A DNA stretch of 64,000 nucleotides from Rhodothermales bacterium (GTDB lineage: Bacteria > Bacteroidota > Rhodothermia > Rhodothermales > VXPQ01): positions 2,414,965-2,478,964 of the forward strand of contig OX638295.1 in assembly GCA_951812345.1 (NCBI GenBank), given 5' to 3'. Below the pieces are notes generated by a model, which had not been told where the DNA came from, did not search any database, and saw nothing but the letters and a program-made list of their open reading frames with translations. Position numbers and translations under genes: made by a program. Positions 9,447 to 18,772 of the stretch are shown here, one piece after another (position 1 is the first letter of the stretch; the number at the start of each line of letters is the position of its first letter).

Positions 9447-9908
9447 TCAGATTGAAGGTATTGAAGATTTAGATGCGTAAAGGGGTTGATTTCTCGTTGA
9501 ATCCAACGTTAAATTGTCGATATTGTCGCGTTTTCGCGCCCCGAACGCCCCGAAATGCGGCGCTCGGTCGTACCTATCCAGCGACAGTTGCTCCTTGGAA
9601 AGATTACGTACAATGTCTTCTCCAACAATGGCTTGTAATCCTCGAACATGCGTGAGAACATCCTCAATAGTGGGCTCCTCGAACCCATCTCCCTTTAGAT
9701 TTGCAATTACAGTATGTAACTCTTCCGATTCATTCAGGAGTTCACATATTGATGTGGTAGCACCAACAATATCGAAAATCAGAGGATTGTCTTCTATCTT
9801 AACAGCCATTGGGCAGCCTGCACCCAGAAAAAGGCCTATGGGCCTCTTGGCATTTGATAAACACTGACGAAGGTACTCGATTTGTGTAACGGGATGATGT
9901 AGACTCAC
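9447..9908 (-). CDS. Hypothetical protein; N-terminal part weakly SIR2-like (GLFLGAG motif), probably a truncated remnant
   Basis: 153-aa ORF with GTG start overlapping hsdM stop (GTGA at 9905..9908); [14 protein letters not shown] resembles the SIR2_2 nucleotide-binding N-terminus; last ~45 codons look like read-through into non-coding sequence. Confidence 0.35.
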   Translation of the reverse strand: MSLHHPVTQIEYLRQCLSNAKRPIGLFLGAGCPMAVKIEDNPLIFDIVGATTSICELLNESEELHTVIANLKGDGFEEPTIEDVLTHVRGLQAIVGEDIVRNLSKEQLSLDRYDRAPHFGAFGARKRDNIDNLTLDSTRNQPLYASKSSIPSI

Positions 9909-11869
9909 AATGCATGTCCTCCGATAATCTCCCTCACCAACCCCTCCGTCTCCTCCTCCAGCGCCACAATATCCGCCCGTATTTCCTCCAGTGATCGCAT
10001 GGGTTCCGGCTTGTAGAAATACCTTGTGAAACTGATTTCGTAGCCGATCTTGACCTTTGCCGGGTCATACCAGGCATCGGGGGCGTAGGGTAGCACCTCG
10101 CGGCGCAAGAATGCCTCGATTCCGCCGCTTTCCAATAACGGGATTTGCTCGGTATCGCGCAAGTCCGAATCCGGCTCATATTCCACGACGGCAGGCTTTC
10201 CGTTTACGGTCTCATTAAACAGCCCGTGAAGCGGATCCGGCCCAACGCCCTTGCGATGGATCTTCTTTATAATAGGCGGCGCTTCCTCGCTGCGTTCACC
10301 ATTTTCCTTCAGCGCTCTGATCTCCGAAGCCGTGTACTTCCGGCCCGCTTCCGCGCCTGCAATGCGCAAGGGCCGCTCGACGATCACTTTCCAGTAGCCA
10401 AATGCCTCGTTGGGAAAAATCTTCGACTCCTCTGTTTCCTCAAAGTCGAGAAAGGCCCGGCTGATGCGCTCAATGTCGGGTCCTGAAAGTTTGCAGTTCT
10501 TCTTGCCGAGATTTTTGCGCAACGGCTCGTGCCACTTCGTGGAGTCGATGAGCTGCACTTTGCCTCTTCGGTGCTCGGGCTTGCGATTGCTGAGTACCCA
10601 GATGTACGTCGCAATGCCCGTATTGTAAAACATATTGAGCGGCAGAGCTATGATCGCCTCCAGCCAGTCGTTCTCGATAATCCAGCGGCGAATGTTGCTT
10701 TCGCCTTGCCCGGCGTCCCCCGTGAACAGCGAACTCCCGTTATGCACCTCCGCAATACGGCTGCCCAACTTCGTTCCATGCTTCATTTTGCTGAGCATGT
10801 TGGCCAGAAACAACATCTGGCCGTCGCTCGAACGGGTAATGAGCGAATATTCCGAGTTACCGTCGTGCTCGATTACGAAGCGCGGATCGCGCATGCCCTT
10901 CTTGCCGCCCATCCGCTCCAGATCGTTCTTCCATGACTTACCGTACGGCGGATTCGACAGCATGAAATCGAACTCCATGTTCGGGAAAGCATCACTGGAC
11001 AGCGTAGAGCCGAATTTCATGTTGTCCGCTTCGCTGCCCTCGCCTTTCAAAATCAGATCGGCCTTGGTGATTGCATAGGTCTCGGCATTGATCTCCTGCC
11101 CGTACAGGTGAGTGGAAACGTTCTTGTCGTGCTCTTTGGCAAGTCTTTGCAGCGTGTCTTCGGCCACCGTGAGCATACCCCCAGTGCCGCAGGCGCCATC
11201 GTATACCAGATAGGGAGCATCCTGGATTTTGTCGGCGATGGGCAGGAAAATGAGGTGCGCCATGAGTTCCACGACATCGCGGGGCGTGAAGTGCTCGCCG
11301 GCTTCCTCGTTGTTTTCCTCGTTGAACCGCCGGATCAACTCCTCGAAAATCGTCCCCATCGCATGGTTATCAAGTCCCGGCAGGCGAACGCTACCGTCCG
11401 CATTCAGAACAGCCCGGGGACTCAGGTTGATAGACGGATCGAGAAACTTCCGGATCAGAAAACCGAGGGCGTCGGCCTCGACGAGTGTGGGAAGCTGGTT
11501 GTAGAACTTGAACTTGCTCAGTACTTCCTGCACGTTCGGCGAGAAACCTTCGAGATAATCCTGGAAATCATCCTTCAGTTGCTGCTGCCTGCCGCGATGA
11601 ATCAGATCCCGAAGCCGGAAGGGAGATGTATTGTAGAAAGCTTCGCCCGCCGCCTGACGCAAGGCCGCATCCTGGTTCGTAATGCGCGCGTCATCCAACT
11701 GCTGTTTCATACTGAGAACCGCCTCCTTCGTCGGTTCCAGCACTGCATCGAGCCGACGGATCACGACCATGGGCAAAATCACGTCGCGGTACTTCCCGCG
11801 AACGTAGACATCGCGCAGCACGTCGTCGGCAATCCCCCAAATAAAGTTGCTGATGTTAAGGTCGCTCAC
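9905..11869 (-). CDS. hsdM: Type I R-M N6-adenine DNA methyltransferase subunit
   Basis: 654 aa; AdoMet motif VYDGACGTGGML and catalytic FDFMLSNPPYGKSW (NPPY). Confidence 0.9.
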   Translation of the reverse strand: MSDLNISNFIWGIADDVLRDVYVRGKYRDVILPMVVIRRLDAVLEPTKEAVLSMKQQLDDARITNQDAALRQAAGEAFYNTSPFRLRDLIHRGRQQQLKDDFQDYLEGFSPNVQEVLSKFKFYNQLPTLVEADALGFLIRKFLDPSINLSPRAVLNADGSVRLPGLDNHAMGTIFEELIRRFNEENNEEAGEHFTPRDVVELMAHLIFLPIADKIQDAPYLVYDGACGTGGMLTVAEDTLQRLAKEHDKNVSTHLYGQEINAETYAITKADLILKGEGSEADNMKFGSTLSSDAFPNMEFDFMLSNPPYGKSWKNDLERMGGKKGMRDPRFVIEHDGNSEYSLITRSSDGQMLFLANMLSKMKHGTKLGSRIAEVHNGSSLFTGDAGQGESNIRRWIIENDWLEAIIALPLNMFYNTGIATYIWVLSNRKPEHRRGKVQLIDSTKWHEPLRKNLGKKNCKLSGPDIERISRAFLDFEETEESKIFPNEAFGYWKVIVERPLRIAGAEAGRKYTASEIRALKENGERSEEAPPIIKKIHRKGVGPDPLHGLFNETVNGKPAVVEYEPDSDLRDTEQIPLLESGGIEAFLRREVLPYAPDAWYDPAKVKIGYEISFTRYFYKPEPMRSLEEIRADIVALEEETEGLVREIIGGHAL

Positions 11870-11926
11870 GGTTGTTTATGCCGGAAAAGGACTTGAAACA
11901 GGATCAATGGCTATCAAGGATAATAA

Positions 11927-14506
11927 TTACGCTCTTGGCCGGATAACTAACTGGGCCCGAACCTCCTGATAAACAGGAATGTGTTCGCCAGCCTCGATCG
12001 TAACGATTAGTCCATATGAAATAGGGCTGTCGATCTTTCCTGCCGGTTCCTTACAAATTACATCAAACATCAGATACCCATCATCTGCAAACGTTTTCGC
12101 CTTTTCGCCAACCCACCTCTGGTGAAACAGCGATCCGCGCGGGATTGATGCATGGGATGGCTGTTTCTGCTCACGTCCAGTTACAATACCGTCCTTGAAT
12201 TTCCCCGTTACTTCGAGGTTGGCCATTCGATACGCCCTGTGACTGACGTTCACGGGTGAAAACCACGCCAGGGTGACGGTCACCGCACGCGGTTCTTTCA
12301 CCCGCTCAAGACTCCGCGGAAGAGGTACATGATAGGAGGCCATTTGATCTCTGGAGATATCTCCATACCCTATGAGTGTGGCCCGATTCGCGGTACACTC
12401 CATGGCCTCTGTTACTCGAGGTACCCCATAGCCTATCAGGCGAGTGACATTGTCCTTTCTGGCAATATGTTGGCGAGGGTCAGATGGACCGAAAATATCC
12501 CCCAGTTCAAAGACAGCATCGTGCCAATTGGTCCGATGTACAAGTAGCGCTCGTACGACAGAGGCGTAATATTTCGGATCGGCATTGTCGAGAATAGCCC
12601 CGTTGTCCGCCTGCATAAGCGCATCGAAGAGCCGATGAGCGGCTCGCGTGGCAAGAGCCGTGGCCACGCTCGTGCCACTCAAATTACGTTCTTGGTCGAT
12701 GCGCCCCTCTGCATCGGGCGCAGCGGCCCGTATCCCAAAATTTCGGCCCGGCAATGCTGGTTTAATTGTGAGTTGATCCCCACTTCTGATAAAACGCACA
12801 TGCTCCCGACCGCCCGGCATCAGGATATCAGGCTTGACCACCTTGCGATGCCCAAGTCCCATCGCAGAACTAACATTGGGTAACAGCGGATCATCGTACG
12901 GTCGTATGAAACTGTCCTGTGCGTCCTCTGCAGGATGCGCATCGTCATGGCACGCCCCAACGGTTATCACATTCATGGCTTCGCCGGGCGACAATAAAGT
13001 CCTGTGGGGACGCTCTTCAGCCAAACCCTCAATTACTGCATGTTCACGATCTGACGGCGATGCATCTTCAAAATCACTCCAACGGCTGAATCCGGAAATA
13101 TCAAGCGGGGCGGTTATATTGCCTGCACTCACCAAAAAAAGAATGTTGTACTTGTAGGCCAGGTGGTCCAGCAGCCTCGCCCACGGGCTCACTGGCCCCG
13201 CGAATGGTCTTCGAGTATCGCCCAGAGACAAGTTTATGAGAAACACCTCGGAAGCCACGGGCGGTTCGTTGCTTTCGCCCTCCTTGAGGCGCAATACGGC
13301 ACGATAAATGGTGTCGATAAGCAACCGGTCGGGCTGGAAACACTCTTGTTGTTCGTCAGGTGGTGCGTAGAGTACCGGTCGGAGATAAAGAGCGCGCGTA
13401 ATAGGCAATTCGCCAAGATTGCGGTCCCCATGTATAATCAACGAGGCCATCCCGGTACCATGACTACGACGCGCAACCACACTGTTTTGATCAAGAGTAT
13501 CCGGATCGTCAATCATAAGCCGACCGTCGAGTAAACGATGGCGTTGGACAGGAACGCCATCAAAAAGCGCCGCTATCGGAACAGTGTCGGGCGGTAGCGG
13601 GGGTAATTCATCAGTATCTTCACCAATCTCCAATTCTTCGCTTGCGGGAAGCGGAGATACGAAAGCCTGAGGTCGAACGAACATAATATCGTCGCATAGG
13701 GCAAGAGCCACTTCTTCCCGGCGAATGAGCCGTTTCATTTCACGAATCGGTATTTCAACGAGGGCGGCGTCATAGGCTATCTCAGGAATGGATGCAGTGG
13801 TGATTACAGAGCCACCCGCCTCGTTTATCACTGTATTCAAACGATTGAGCGCCCTGTGATCCCGATCACGCCAAAGTTCAATTTCCGCTCGAATCAGTTC
13901 ATTTGGACTACTCGCCACGATATCCTGAAAGAACCGAATGTCTTGCTTAGAAAGACGATCTTCGGGGCCCCATGCCCGGATATCCTTAAGTTGATTAAAC
14001 AAATTGAGCCAGGATTTATAACCATAACCAAGGTCCTGACCGGCCTGATAGCGCTTCCATAGAGACAATATCTCTTTTAGTGCTCGCACATCGGGCATTA
14101 CCAGGTACAGACGCCCTCCAATTTGTTTGTCCAGGCGCCGCTGCCCTTCCCGGCCTTCGCGGGTATCAGAAATCCAAAAGTCATCGTCCGGATCAAACTC
14201 AATCTCATCTTCCCCAAGATATTCGAGACCGGATATCCGTTGCGTCGCAGCGGCAAAATTATCCAGCGATCCCGCAATTTCAAAAACGAGAGCGCGTTCG
14301 GGCGCCAGCCCCATCGGATCGTTACGAAGCGTTAGCGGATCCTGATCGGAATCCAGCACATTCGCCAATCGCTGAAAAACAGGCCCGAAACGCTCGCCCT
14401 GGCGCTCATGGGACGGATGCTCTGGTGGAGGCACGTATACGGGCGACCCCGTGAGACGGGGCCCCACCCGTGGAACCGGAAGGGGAAGAAGGGGAAACTC
14501 AGCCAT
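11927..14506 (-). CDS. S8 (subtilisin-like) serine peptidase, IetS-like
   Basis: 859 aa; catalytic elements AALFDGVP (Asp), SHGTGMASLIIHGD (His), VSAGN (oxyanion Asn), LSGTSVATALATRAAH (Ser); directly downstream of an AAA+ ATPase gene. Confidence 0.75.
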   Translation of the reverse strand: MAEFPLLPLPVPRVGPRLTGSPVYVPPPEHPSHERQGERFGPVFQRLANVLDSDQDPLTLRNDPMGLAPERALVFEIAGSLDNFAAATQRISGLEYLGEDEIEFDPDDDFWISDTREGREGQRRLDKQIGGRLYLVMPDVRALKEILSLWKRYQAGQDLGYGYKSWLNLFNQLKDIRAWGPEDRLSKQDIRFFQDIVASSPNELIRAEIELWRDRDHRALNRLNTVINEAGGSVITTASIPEIAYDAALVEIPIREMKRLIRREEVALALCDDIMFVRPQAFVSPLPASEELEIGEDTDELPPLPPDTVPIAALFDGVPVQRHRLLDGRLMIDDPDTLDQNSVVARRSHGTGMASLIIHGDRNLGELPITRALYLRPVLYAPPDEQQECFQPDRLLIDTIYRAVLRLKEGESNEPPVASEVFLINLSLGDTRRPFAGPVSPWARLLDHLAYKYNILFLVSAGNITAPLDISGFSRWSDFEDASPSDREHAVIEGLAEERPHRTLLSPGEAMNVITVGACHDDAHPAEDAQDSFIRPYDDPLLPNVSSAMGLGHRKVVKPDILMPGGREHVRFIRSGDQLTIKPALPGRNFGIRAAAPDAEGRIDQERNLSGTSVATALATRAAHRLFDALMQADNGAILDNADPKYYASVVRALLVHRTNWHDAVFELGDIFGPSDPRQHIARKDNVTRLIGYGVPRVTEAMECTANRATLIGYGDISRDQMASYHVPLPRSLERVKEPRAVTVTLAWFSPVNVSHRAYRMANLEVTGKFKDGIVTGREQKQPSHASIPRGSLFHQRWVGEKAKTFADDGYLMFDVICKEPAGKIDSPISYGLIVTIEAGEHIPVYQEVRAQLVIRPRA

Positions 14507-14518
14507 CAGTCGGGTTAC

Positions 14519-15493
14519 TTATTCTTCTGAGGCTTTACCTCGTTCCTTCCAGAGTTTTAGTGCATCTCCTACTTCTTTCTTCAGGCTGTTGCGCCCCATC
14601 CCGAGCACGATGCGGCGTCGAACATCCAGGCAAAACTCCTCGGCTTCAGCGTAACTCACATCACCCAAATGAGAAGCCAGCGTAGCCGCTGAATATCCCA
14701 GCGGCCGATCAAACTTTTTCACAAACGTGTCGAAGTACCTTGTCAATTCGCGCTCACTGGGAGCCTTGAGTTCAAGGCGCACCTGGAACCGGCGCCATAC
14801 GGCGCGATCCAGTAATTCGGCATGATTCGTTGCCGCTACCGTAACCGTGTAGCTCGGCAAGGCATCCACCTGCATGAGGAGTGACGTAACCACGCGCTTG
14901 ATTTCGCCAGTCTCATGGGTGTCCCCACGCTCTTTTGCAATAGCGTCGAACTCATCGAAAAAGAGGACGCACGGCGTGGTGCGCGCATAATCGAACACAT
15001 GTTTCAGACGCGATGCCGTTTCCCCAAGGTAGCTTCCAATCACCGCCTCGTAACGGACAATGATGAAGGGAACAGCAAGCGATTCGGCAATAGCCTCGGC
15101 AAGCGAGGTCTTCCCGTTTCCCGGGGGACCAATCAGGAGCACTCGATGGCGCGGTTCCAGTGAATGGGCGCGCAATACGGAAGCGCGATGCTGCTCTTCA
15201 ATAAGTTCGCGGCAGGCCCTGCGCGTAATGTCCGGCAGGACGATATCCTCTAATCTCCTGCGAGGAATAAACTCGATTGCGTAATCTCTCCAACGCTGTC
15301 GCGAACCGCCCGCAAATTCCATCTTCCGAAGGTGGTTCCCGTTAGCCATCGCCCGCGTCAGCCGATCAGCGAGGATGTGATGGTTCTTTACACGCTCGTC
15401 GGCGATGATAGCCTCGGCAGTGGAACGCACCTTCTTGAGATCACCTTCCGTGCTGGCCTGCAAAAGCGAAACCAGTAGGTCGCCGCGTGCCAT
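14519..15493 (-). CDS. Classical AAA+ ATPase, IetA-like
   Basis: 324 aa; Walker A LLIGPPGNGKTS, Walker B VLFFDEFDAI, sensor ATNHAELLD, arginine RRF; 12-nt gap to the S8 peptidase gene. Confidence 0.8.
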   Translation of the reverse strand: MARGDLLVSLLQASTEGDLKKVRSTAEAIIADERVKNHHILADRLTRAMANGNHLRKMEFAGGSRQRWRDYAIEFIPRRRLEDIVLPDITRRACRELIEEQHRASVLRAHSLEPRHRVLLIGPPGNGKTSLAEAIAESLAVPFIIVRYEAVIGSYLGETASRLKHVFDYARTTPCVLFFDEFDAIAKERGDTHETGEIKRVVTSLLMQVDALPSYTVTVAATNHAELLDRAVWRRFQVRLELKAPSERELTRYFDTFVKKFDRPLGYSAATLASHLGDVSYAEAEEFCLDVRRRIVLGMGRNSLKKEVGDALKLWKERGKASEE

Positions 15494-15761
15494 CTCTATA
15501 GCCTCAAGAGATTAAGAAAGTGACTTTTCTCCTGTGCTGTCAACACGATATAATCCCGTGCCGTCGGTTGTATTATACCCCGTTGAATCCCCGCTCAGCC
15601 CAAGCACGGAGCCGCTCGACTTGCTATAGTTCGTAGCGCAGCGGACAACGCACAAGGAATACAGAAGCATCCCTTTTCAACGGTTCATGGCTGTGAAGAT
15701 AGCCAAATTTGCCCGATTTCGCAACGGAAAACAAGCAGATAACACAAGACCAAATCCCCCC

Positions 15762-16064
15762 TCACCCCGCCTCACACACCGGCATCCGATCAAATATGTC
15801 GGCCAGCAACTTACCGTCTTCCTCGACAGGTTTCTGGCACCAGCGAAAGGTGTCGTGGCCATCCTTGTTTCCCAGCCGCTTCATCAGGTCAAGAGCCTCC
15901 TGTGAAGCCGAGTCGAGCTGAAGCAGTTCGGCTTGCTTCGAGGACGGAACCGTCTCCTCACAGCGGAGAATGTATACCCGTTTCTTAAGGCGATTCAGTT
16001 GATCCACAAGGCGCAGCACCGCATTACAGGCGGCATACACCTGCACGTTCATCGCTAATTCCAT
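15762..16064 (-). CDS. Hypothetical small protein (100 aa)
   Basis: ORF only; no recognisable motif; 270 bp upstream of the AAA+ gene. Confidence 0.25.
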   Translation of the reverse strand: MELAMNVQVYAACNAVLRLVDQLNRLKKRVYILRCEETVPSSKQAELLQLDSASQEALDLMKRLGNKDGHDTFRWCQKPVEEDGKLLADIFDRMPVCEAG

Positions 16065-16274
16065 GACGCGGATGCCGCTTCGCCATTCCGCAACACCCTG
16101 ATCGAGATTTTCCGGCGGGAGCGTCCCCGAGGGAGGAGGACAGGTTTCATACTCCTAACAGGTTCGGACTGCCTCGATGCATGCTTGAGGATTCAGGTAT
16201 CGGGTACCATAGAAAGCCCGCGCGCGTTGCTGACGGAGGTCTATTACAGGCTCGCCCAACGAGCATGGCGAATT

Positions 16275-16290
16275 ATAGGATACTCTTCAG
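16275..16290 (+). repeat. Partial copy of dispersed motif AAGGATACTCTGATTA
   Basis: ATAGGATACTCTTCAG; 112 nt upstream of the DUF1761 gene, at the distal edge of the defence island. Confidence 0.4.
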
Positions 16291-16401
16291 GAATCGTCAA
16301 GTCCCCAGACCATTTCCCCTGTGCACCCTCGCTTTAATATGAGGTTTTTGTTAGGTTAATTACCTGAACCACTGCCTCGCCCACCAATTCCTTGCAGTAT
16401 C

Positions 16402-16803
16402 ATGGATTTCGCTTCAATAAACTACCTTTCCATCGTCGTGGCGGCCCTGTCCAGCTTCGTCGTAGGCATGCTCTGGTATTCCCCCGTCCTTTTCGGTAAG
16501 GCCTGGATGGCGGAAAACGGCTTTTCGGACGAAGACGTGCAGGGGGGCAATATGCTGCGCACCTACGGCACCGCCTTCATTCTGGGGCTGATCATTGCCT
16601 TTAATCTGGACATGTTCCTCGGAGCGGAAGCCACGTTTTCCTGGGGCCTGACCGCCGGCGCGCTTGCCGGGGTGGGATGGGTAGCCGCCGCCATGGGCAC
16701 TTCGTACCTGTTCGAGCAAAAATCCCTGAAACTGTTTCTCATCAATGCGGGATACCATGCCGTCACCTTCACCGTGATGGGCGGCATCCTCGGCGCCTGG
16801 TAG
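16402..16803 (+). CDS. DUF1761-family membrane protein
   Basis: N-terminus INYLSIVVAALSSFVVGMLWYSPVLFGKAWM typical of DUF1761; 4 hydrophobic helices. Confidence 0.7.
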   Translation: MDFASINYLSIVVAALSSFVVGMLWYSPVLFGKAWMAENGFSDEDVQGGNMLRTYGTAFILGLIIAFNLDMFLGAEATFSWGLTAGALAGVGWVAAAMGTSYLFEQKSLKLFLINAGYHAVTFTVMGGILGAW

Positions 16804-16879
16804 CTCCCGGCCCGCATCTGCAAGGGGGGCACAGGATACCCGCCGCCGGAACCGGCAACGGCTTCCTTCCCCGAGGCCG

Positions 16880-18115
16880 TCAAAGCAGTATGCCGGCCAC
16901 GCACGCCGTCATCATCATGGCGAGCGTGCCGCCGATCATGGCCCGTATGCCAAGCCGCGCCAGATCCGCGCGGCGCCTGGGCGCGATCCCCCCGATCCCG
17001 CCGATCTGAATGCCTATGCTCCCGAAATTGGCGAAGCCGCACAGGGCATAGGTAAGAATAAGCGTACTGCGCTCGCTGAGCACGATCCCCGAATCCGGTT
17101 GCTGCCACTCGATCATCTGCGTGTAGGCGATAAACTCGTTGAACACCATCTTCATGCCCATCAATTCGCCGGCATGGAGCGCATCGGTCCAGGGAATCCC
17201 CATCAACCAGGCGAGCGGAGCGAAAGCGTACCCGAAAACATTGGACATCGACCAGTCCCAGTTGTCGTACCCGAAAAGCCCGCCTACCCATCCGCCCGTT
17301 GCGGACAACACGGCGTTGACCAGCGCCACCAGCGCCAGCACGGCGATAAGCATGGCCGCCACGTTCAGGGTCAGTTTCAATCCTTCGAGAGCGCCTTCCG
17401 ACGCCGCGTGTACGACATTCGCATGCTTCTTCTCCACCTGCACGGAAACATGCCCCATGGTAGGCGATCGTTCCGTTTCGGGGATCATCAATTTGGCGAC
17501 CAGCAGAGCAGCCGGCGCGGAAATCACCGAGGCGGCAAGCAGATGCACCGCATCCACGCCCAGACTCACATAGGCCGCCATCACGCCTCCGGCAATGGTG
17601 GCGAACCCTCCCACCATCAGCGCCATCAGTTCGGATCTGGTCATGCTTTCCACATAGGGTCCCACAATCAGCGGAGCCTCCGTCTGGCCCACGAAAATGT
17701 TCGCCGCAGCGGACACCGTTTCCGATCCCGACGTACCCAACGTGCGCCGCATCACCCATGCGAACGCCCCGACCACTTTCTGAAACAGGCCGAGATAATA
17801 CAGAATGAACATGAGCGACGAAAAGAAGATGATGGTCGGCAGCACCTTGAAAGCAAAGAAGTGATGCACGTACTCCTCGCCGAACACAAGACTCGTCCCG
17901 GCGTCGACAAACCCCAGAAGGGATTCGAAAAAATAGCCCACCGTCTGGAATACGGCGGCCCCGACCGGCGTTTTGAAAATGAAAAGGGCCAGCCCGAATT
18001 GCAGTACAAGGCCGCCCAGCACAATGCGCAGGTCTATCGACTTCCTGCGCTCGCCGACCAGCCATGCCAGCGCCACGAAGACAAAAAGACCCAGCAGACT
18101 GATCAGGCGCTCCAT
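16880..18115 (-). CDS. Concentrative nucleoside transporter (NupC/CNT family)
   Basis: 411 aa polytopic protein; overall pattern and length fit the CNT family (FAFKVLPTIIFFSSLMFILYYLG, GFANFGSIGIQIGGIG). Confidence 0.8.
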   Translation of the reverse strand: MERLISLLGLFVFVALAWLVGERRKSIDLRIVLGGLVLQFGLALFIFKTPVGAAVFQTVGYFFESLLGFVDAGTSLVFGEEYVHHFFAFKVLPTIIFFSSLMFILYYLGLFQKVVGAFAWVMRRTLGTSGSETVSAAANIFVGQTEAPLIVGPYVESMTRSELMALMVGGFATIAGGVMAAYVSLGVDAVHLLAASVISAPAALLVAKLMIPETERSPTMGHVSVQVEKKHANVVHAASEGALEGLKLTLNVAAMLIAVLALVALVNAVLSATGGWVGGLFGYDNWDWSMSNVFGYAFAPLAWLMGIPWTDALHAGELMGMKMVFNEFIAYTQMIEWQQPDSGIVLSERSTLILTYALCGFANFGSIGIQIGGIGGIAPRRRADLARLGIRAMIGGTLAMMMTACVAGILL

Positions 18116-18257
18116 GGCGTATCTACGGCAAACATACCGGCAGGGTCCCGCCGGAACAGCACAACAAAACCCGCGGACGCATTACTCCGAAAGCGCCCGC
18201 AGTATACACCTGCAAGGATGCGCGGATGCGAACGCGCACCGCCTCAGCAGATGAGTT

Positions 18258-18662
18258 TTACTCGTCGTCCGAGGTGACCCGCATACCCGTCAGGGGCGCT
18301 TCCATGCCGTAGGAGACTACGTTCAGGTTCCCCGAAAACGAGTCGCCGTCCACCTGGGCGCTGATCTGCATTCTGCCGAAATCGGGCGTGCTGAACTCGC
18401 ACTCGAGCATGGATTCCGCGAACGTAATGCCCGCCAGCGGAAGAGCTTCCGAAAAACCGTCCCCGACAATCGAACCCATGAGCCCTTCCTCGCCTTCGGT
18501 GAAGGTAAGCGTACCCTCGTAGGTGGCGTCGGGCGTTTCGACGGCGTAGTTCCAGTCGCCGACAAGAGGGTGGGGCATTTGGCCCGAACCGGCGCAACCG
18601 CTCAGAATCAGCACAACGGCCGCAAGGCTCCAAAGAGAAACAGAACGCATGCCTGTGGTCAT
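18258..18662 (-). CDS. Small lipoprotein, unknown function
   Basis: Signal peptide with lipobox VLILSGC. Confidence 0.55.
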   Translation of the reverse strand: MTTGMRSVSLWSLAAVVLILSGCAGSGQMPHPLVGDWNYAVETPDATYEGTLTFTEGEEGLMGSIVGDGFSEALPLAGITFAESMLECEFSTPDFGRMQISAQVDGDSFSGNLNVVSYGMEAPLTGMRVTSDDE

Positions 18663-18772
18663 GATATCCTAAAAAGATTGGGTGAAAAGGCTGGATGAAG
18701 CCATAATGGCTCGTTGCAATGTAGGGCAATGCAGGGACTGGCGCAAAAACAAATGTGGTGCCGTACCGGTCC

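Noticed and set aside
15549-15603. Sigma70-type promoter for the AAA+ gene (TATAAT on the minus strand at 15577..15572 with TTGGGC upstream)
   Set aside because: The spacer between the hexamers is 20 nt, too long for a standard promoter. The plus-strand TATAAT at 15549..15554 has no plausible -35.
15500-16401. Direct repeat of the tRNA-Met 3' end marking an att site at the far end of the island
   Set aside because: I searched by eye for GGTCGAGAGTTCGAGTCTCTCCCGCGCC fragments and found none.
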